Below, piece after piece: positions 59,477-64,000 of a stretch of 64,000 nt of DNA. Source of the DNA: Coraliomargaritaceae bacterium (lineage in GTDB: Bacteria > Verrucomicrobiota > Verrucomicrobiia > Opitutales > Coraliomargaritaceae). The notes under the pieces are model-generated. The model searched no databases. It saw only the letters and a program-made list of their open reading frames with translations, and was not told where the DNA came from. The translations under genes were made by a program, and so were the position numbers. The stretch covers positions 4,280 to 68,279 of the forward strand of contig JBJLEY010000019.1 in NCBI GenBank assembly GCA_045565635.1. The letters run 5' to 3'. Positions within the stretch are counted from its first letter, which is position 1, and each line of letters starts with the position of its first letter.

Positions 59477-60217
59477 ATGCGATGGAAATGCATATGCTCT
59501 TATAAGGGAACTCAATTCAGCGGTTGGCAATTTCAACCATCCGGCAGCGGAGTTCAGAACCATTTTGAGTCAGCGCTCAGCACTATTTTCGATCAACCTA
59601 TTCGCATCCACGGTTGCAGTCGAACCGATGCGGGAGTACACGCCCATGGGCAATGTTTTCATTTTGATGGTGATTGGCCTCATTCTGAAGAGAAGCTAAA
59701 GCGCGCCCTTCACTCTTTGCTCAATAAAGATATTCGCATCGAAAAACTCACACCCGCTTCAAAAAATTTCCACGCACGTTTCTCTGCTCTCAAAAAAAGC
59801 TACACCTACACACTGTATTTAGATAGAGCTCCACCCGACGAAGTAGACTTTGTTTGGGCCTGCCGAGATACCCCCATTGATTTTTCGTCTATGCTCACCG
59901 CAAGCCAATATTTTATTGGCCATCAAGACTTCACCGCCTTCAGTGCAGTTCATGCTAAAGACCAAGACCCAAACCCAGTTAAAGAAATTCATTCCTTAGA
60001 GCTTAAGCAAAAAGGAGCGAAAATAATTATCACGATTACTGGTAGTGGCTTTCTTTATAAGATGGTGCGAAGTATCGTCGGCACACTTTACGCTGTTGGC
60101 AGAAATCAGGTCAGTCCAGATGAAGTACTCAACATTCTCCACTCAAAGAAACGCACAAATAAAGTTGTAACGGCACCTGCCAGTGGATTATCCCTCAAAA
60201 AAATCTTTTACAAGTAA
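59477..60217 (+). CDS. truA: tRNA pseudouridine(38-40) synthase TruA
   Basis: YKGTQFSGWQFQP and the catalytic-Asp block GCSRTDAGVHA are present, along with a C-terminal APASGLSL. Length is 246 aa. Confidence 0.9.
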   Translation: MRWKCICSYKGTQFSGWQFQPSGSGVQNHFESALSTIFDQPIRIHGCSRTDAGVHAHGQCFHFDGDWPHSEEKLKRALHSLLNKDIRIEKLTPASKNFHARFSALKKSYTYTLYLDRAPPDEVDFVWACRDTPIDFSSMLTASQYFIGHQDFTAFSAVHAKDQDPNPVKEIHSLELKQKGAKIIITITGSGFLYKMVRSIVGTLYAVGRNQVSPDEVLNILHSKKRTNKVVTAPASGLSLKKIFYK

Positions 60218-60949
60218 GCCCCATCACGGGAACTTGCTGCTAAACTCCATACAAGATATCTTCTTTCCTAGAAGTTGTATCAACTGTTCTGGGGCCGTTG
60301 AAAGATCACCCTATCAGTACATTTGTAAAACCTGTGCACCATTGCTCATTTTGGCCCATCCACCTAATTGTAAAACATGTGGCTACCCATTTCTTGTGGA
60401 TAAGATCATGGCAAAAAATTGCCCGCATTGCCTTGAGCTTAAACCCAATTACTCACGAGCTTATACATTATGCTTGGCAAAAAAAGTCGGACGGCAGATG
60501 GTTCACAATTTGAAATACAACAATGGACTGTACTTTACCAGCGACTTGAAATTAATCATTCGACAACTCCCTCACTTAAAAAAAATCTGCGAAAATGCCA
60601 TACTTGTTCCCGTGCCGCTTCACCCGACAAAGCAACGAGAGCGTGGCTTCAATCAAAGCAATGCCTTAGCCCAAGTACTGAAAAAACCTTAAACACAAAC
60701 ATTCAGATACAAAATTCATTAATCCGTACTCGCTTCACGCAAACTCAAACCAGCCTAACTAAAGAACAGCGTAAAGAAAATATTCGTGGTGCTTTTGCCT
60801 TGTCCCCTAATATTAAATTGGATTTAGATAAGAAAATATATTTTAGTAGACGATGTTTTCACCACAGGCTCTACGGCTAATGCTTGTGCGAAAATCTTAA
60901 AAAAGCCGGCATACAGACAATTGAACTTCTTACACTAGCGCACGGATAA
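60183..60949 (+). pseudogene. comF: ComF-family phosphoribosyltransferase gene broken by three homopolymer frameshifts
   Basis: ComF blocks occur in alternating frames. The Cys-rich N-terminus and VPVPLHPTKQRERGFNQSNALAQVLKK are in frame 3, with a stop at 60690-60692. LNTNIQIQNSLIRTRFTQTQTSLTKEQRKENIRGAFAL is in frame 2. [21 protein letters not shown] is in frame 3. [14 protein letters not shown] is in frame 2. The shifts fall at A6 (60681-60686), T4 (60841-60844) and A6 (60899-60904). Confidence 0.75.
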
Positions 60950-60987
60950 ATGTTGCTAAAATCAAAACTCTTATAAAAATTTAAATT

Positions 60988-61839
60988 ATGGCTATTTTTG
61001 GAAAACCACAATATTCGACGGTAACCGTCAAAAAGAAAGACATACCTAAAGATGTTTGGACGAAATGTCCGAAGACAAATGAGATTATTTACAATCGTGT
61101 ACTCAAAGAAAATTTAATGGTCGTTCCCAATAGCGATTACCATTTTCCTTTGGATGCCCGCTCTCGCATTAGCTCTTTATTGGATGAGGGTTCATTTGAA
61201 GAGCAAGATACAAATATTCGTTCACTTGATCCTCTCAACTTTACGGCCACGGCAAATTATAAAGATAAGGTAAAGCAGAACCAAAAAAAGACGAATGAAA
61301 CGGACACGGTTATTAGCGGAGAAGGCAAAATTCAGGGTATGGCTGTAAATATCGCGGTAATGGATTTTCGATTTATGGGAGCAAGTTTAGGCTCTGCAGC
61401 CGGTGAAAAAATTACACGTGCCATTGAAAATGGCTGCAAAAACAAAAATCCAGTTATTGTAATATCTGCGTCTGGAGGTGCTCGTATGCAAGAAGGGATT
61501 CTAAGCCTCATGCAATTAGCCAAAACGAGTGCCGCACTAGCAAAATTGTCCGAGCTTAAAGTGCCTTTTATTTCAATTTTGACGAATCCAACAATGGCAG
61601 GTGTTATGGCCAGTTATGCCTCACTCGGCGATGTCATTCTCGCAGAACCTGAAGCCCTTATCGGATTTGCTGGCCCTCGGGTAATTAAAGAAACCACACA
61701 ACAAGATTTACCTGAAGGATTTCAAACTTCAGAATTCTTGCTTGAACACGGTCTTGTCGACAAAATTGTACATCGCCACCAAATGCGTGATACAGTCGGA
61801 CGATTACTTGCCGCTTTTGGTTCAAGTAAGGTCTCCTAA
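60988..61839 (+). CDS. accD: Acetyl-CoA carboxylase carboxyltransferase beta subunit, zinc-ribbon cysteines mostly lost
   Basis: The carboxyltransferase core is [21 protein letters not shown]...[11 protein letters not shown]. The N-terminus [31 protein letters not shown] aligns to E. coli [31 protein letters not shown], with only the first of the four Cys retained. Confidence 0.9.
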   Translation: MAIFGKPQYSTVTVKKKDIPKDVWTKCPKTNEIIYNRVLKENLMVVPNSDYHFPLDARSRISSLLDEGSFEEQDTNIRSLDPLNFTATANYKDKVKQNQKKTNETDTVISGEGKIQGMAVNIAVMDFRFMGASLGSAAGEKITRAIENGCKNKNPVIVISASGGARMQEGILSLMQLAKTSAALAKLSELKVPFISILTNPTMAGVMASYASLGDVILAEPEALIGFAGPRVIKETTQQDLPEGFQTSEFLLEHGLVDKIVHRHQMRDTVGRLLAAFGSSKVS

Positions 61840-61847
61840 CTTCTTTA

Positions 61848-63122
61848 GTGCCTGACATGCACGATTTAAACAGCGTCACTCAATTCCTTTATTCCCTAAG
61901 AAATAAGGGTTCTAAATATGGCTTAGTGCGAATGCGGCGCTTTGCAAAAGCCCTGCATAATCCAGAAAAAGCACTTACCTTAATTCATGTGGCCGGGACC
62001 AATGGGAAAGGTTCCGTTTGCGCCATGCTTGAAGCCATCTACCGTTCAAACGGCTACAAAACCGGGCTATTCACCTCGCCTCATTTAATACGACTCAATG
62101 AACGTATTCAAATCAACCGTGTCCCCATCAGCGACCAAGATCTTGCAAATTCTGCTAATGCATTAATCACTGAATGCGACAAGCAATTTGAACCCAATGA
62201 CTACCCCTCCTTTTTTGAATTCATTACGGCTATTGCTTTTTCGCATTTTTCAAAAAATGCGGTAGACATTGCCATAATTGAAACAGGTCTAGGTGGACGA
62301 CTGGATGCCACAAATATCATAAACCCTGAATTGAGCATTATTACAAGCATTGGCAAAGATCATACTGACATCCTCGGCGACACGCTAGAAGCCATCACCC
62401 AAGAAAAAGCAGGCATTATAAAGCCAAACACCCCAGTCCTCATTGGCAAGTTACCCGATATTTCCAAAACCATTATAAAAGAAAAAGCAGACGCTTTAAA
62501 CTCAGAGTACTACACCTTGGAAAACTATTCTGAAAAGCACCCACTACCGACAACTAATCTTAAAGGAACTTATCAAAAACAAAACGCTGTCCTAGCCAGC
62601 TATGCGACAAAAATTCTAGCAGACCGCTTTCCCATAAAGCATACTCAAGCCCTAAACCAGGTTAAGTGGGAAGGACGCTGGCAAAAATTGAAATTAAAAA
62701 AGCAAACACTCATTCTTGATTCCACACACAATGCGGAAGCCTGCTTGCAACTCGAAGAAAATCTTCGAAATCACATCGCCGAATCCGGTAAAAAACCAAT
62801 TATCATTACAGGGATTCTTGGCCGTGAACGTGCTGGCGACATCATGCCTTTGCTCAGCCAATTCGCAAAATCTCTTTACCTAGTTGAACCCGATCAACCC
62901 AGAAGTTGCTCTGCTGAGACACTCACTTCATTGATTCCAAAATCCCAAAGCATACAGCCAATAGCCAGTCGACTAGAACAACTCTTTTCAGAAAATTCCT
63001 GCCAGATCGGCGATGAGACTGATACCATTCTCGTCACTGGCTCAATCTACCTTATAGCAGAAGTCTTAACCATCCTTGAAGGGCATACCAAAGACCCAAT
63101 CGGACAAGATTTAATCCAATAG
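61848..63122 (+). CDS. folC: Bifunctional folylpolyglutamate synthase / dihydrofolate synthase
   Basis: The Mur-ligase-type P-loop is HVAGTNGKGSV. ETGLGGRLDATN and DHTDILG are also present. GTG start. Length is 424 aa. Confidence 0.85.
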   Translation: MPDMHDLNSVTQFLYSLRNKGSKYGLVRMRRFAKALHNPEKALTLIHVAGTNGKGSVCAMLEAIYRSNGYKTGLFTSPHLIRLNERIQINRVPISDQDLANSANALITECDKQFEPNDYPSFFEFITAIAFSHFSKNAVDIAIIETGLGGRLDATNIINPELSIITSIGKDHTDILGDTLEAITQEKAGIIKPNTPVLIGKLPDISKTIIKEKADALNSEYYTLENYSEKHPLPTTNLKGTYQKQNAVLASYATKILADRFPIKHTQALNQVKWEGRWQKLKLKKQTLILDSTHNAEACLQLEENLRNHIAESGKKPIIITGILGRERAGDIMPLLSQFAKSLYLVEPDQPRSCSAETLTSLIPKSQSIQPIASRLEQLFSENSCQIGDETDTILVTGSIYLIAEVLTILEGHTKDPIGQDLIQ

Positions 63123-63171
63123 CATCGACTCCTAACTCCTAAGCAAGCCTATGGCTTAAATACTAAAATGC

Positions 63172-64000
63172 TTAAGAATTGTTAGCGACTAAATCGTAAA
63201 ATTCAGTGAACAAAGGATCTGCATCATTTGGACCTGGTGCTGCTTCTGGGTGATACTGAACAGAAAACACTGGACGATCCTTTAATCGTAAGCCCTCTAC
63301 AGTTTCATCATTTAGATTAATTTCCGTAACAATTGCTCCACGATTTTCTAACTGCTCCTTTGTTGAAGCAAAACCATGATTCTGAGAGGTGATCGATACA
63401 CGATCCGTCTCTATATTTTTCACCGGCTGGTTGCCTCCACGATGACCAAACTTCAATTTAAAAGTTTCCGCACCAAGTGCATGTGTAATAATCTGATGCC
63501 CTAAACAAATACCAAATGTAGGATATTTATCAATCAAAGTGCTCACTGTCTTATGAGCGTAGTCTACTGCTGCAGGGTCGCCCGGGCCATTAGATAAAAA
63601 GAGGCCATTTGGACTGTATTCCTCAATCTCTTCCGCTGAGGTATTTGCAGGAAACACTCGCACATCAAAACCGTGCCTTTGTAATTTACGATAAATTGAA
63701 AATTTAGCTCCAAAATCAAGTGCCGCAACAGTGAAACGTTTCTCTATCGATAAATGATTCATCACTAAATCTGTCCCTGTCACAGTGAACGAATTTGATT
63801 CCTTATGCTCTGGATCCCAATCATATGCTGATTTCGCAGTCACTTCTTTAACGAAATCAACTCCAATCAAACCACCGAAATTTTTCGCCATTTCAACTGC
63901 TTGCTGATCGCTTATATCTTCCGTTGAAATACATGCATTCAGCGCCCCGCTCACTCTAAGCTTCTTAGCAATCGCTCGAGTATCAATCCCTTCAACGCCA
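63172..64000 (-). CDS. carA: Carbamoyl-phosphate synthase small (glutaminase) subunit, C-terminal part; N-terminus beyond the right edge
   Basis: The GATase triad context is present ([15 protein letters not shown]). The frame stays open upstream of the ORF-track Met (..[22 protein letters not shown]..), so the gene continues past 64000. Confidence 0.9.
   Translation of the reverse strand, partial: GVEGIDTRAIAKKLRVSGALNACISTEDISDQQAVEMAKNFGGLIGVDFVKEVTAKSAYDWDPEHKESNSFTVTGTDLVMNHLSIEKRFTVAALDFGAKFSIYRKLQRHGFDVRVFPANTSAEEIEEYSPNGLFLSNGPGDPAAVDYAHKTVSTLIDKYPTFGICLGHQIITHALGAETFKLKFGHRGGNQPVKNIETDRVSITSQNHGFASTKEQLENRGAIVTEINLNDETVEGLRLKDRPVFSVQYHPEAAPGPNDADPLFTEFYDLVANNS

Overview
AT-rich (about 40% GC by eye, not computed) bacterial chromosomal segment. 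It is densely coding, with about 62 apparently intact protein genes and one tRNA-Pro(UGG). Almost all genes are housekeeping. Fatty acid and lipid genes: fabZ (partial), fabV, accD, plsC. Purine genes: guaB, a divergent purA-like gene, purB, purM. Central carbon genes: pyk, a PPi-type pfk, zwf-opcA. Aromatic amino acid genes: tyrA-aroA, followed by cmk. Menaquinone genes: menE-menC. Folate genes: folE2, folC. Cell-shape and wall genes: murA, mreBCD-mrdA. Recombination and repair genes: ruvB, ruvC, uvrC, holA. tRNA and rRNA modification genes: truA, a SpoU-type methyltransferase, an MnmM-like methyltransferase. NAD salvage genes: pnuC, an NadR-type kinase, cinA. A compact ArsC-aquaporin module is also present. 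I saw no rRNA, CRISPR array, transposase, integrase, prophage or recognisable defence island. Lineage hints suggest a PVC-type bacterium (Verrucomicrobiota or Lentisphaerota-like), but this is only a guess. Those hints are a PEP-CTERM tail, a prepilin-type N-methylation protein, an FGE-domain fusion, FabV, FolE2 and PPi-PFK. The most unusual signals are not a new gene island but irregularities in otherwise conserved genes. (1) The aroA and cmk reading frames are the same frame, separated by a single TAA, and cmk has no canonical start before its P-loop. (2) A DAO-type flavoprotein has its GxGxxG motif upstream of any ATG, GTG or TTG. It sits next to an MnmM (YtqB)-like methyltransferase, which suggests a split MnmC-type pair. 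(3) uvrC is broken by one frameshift in an A7 run. (4) comF is broken by three homopolymer frameshifts. (5) There are two multiply disrupted envelope genes, one TolC-like and one PEP-CTERM. Other points worth a look are an Nramp-related transporter lacking the canonical metal-binding motifs in an operon with arsC and an aquaporin, a long divergent PurA-like protein coupled to guaB, a DUF3127 protein with an SSB-like acidic tip, an AccD without its zinc-ribbon cysteines, and a strongly basic disordered protein upstream of murA. All functional calls rest on by-eye motif recognition in the supplied translations. No database search was run.
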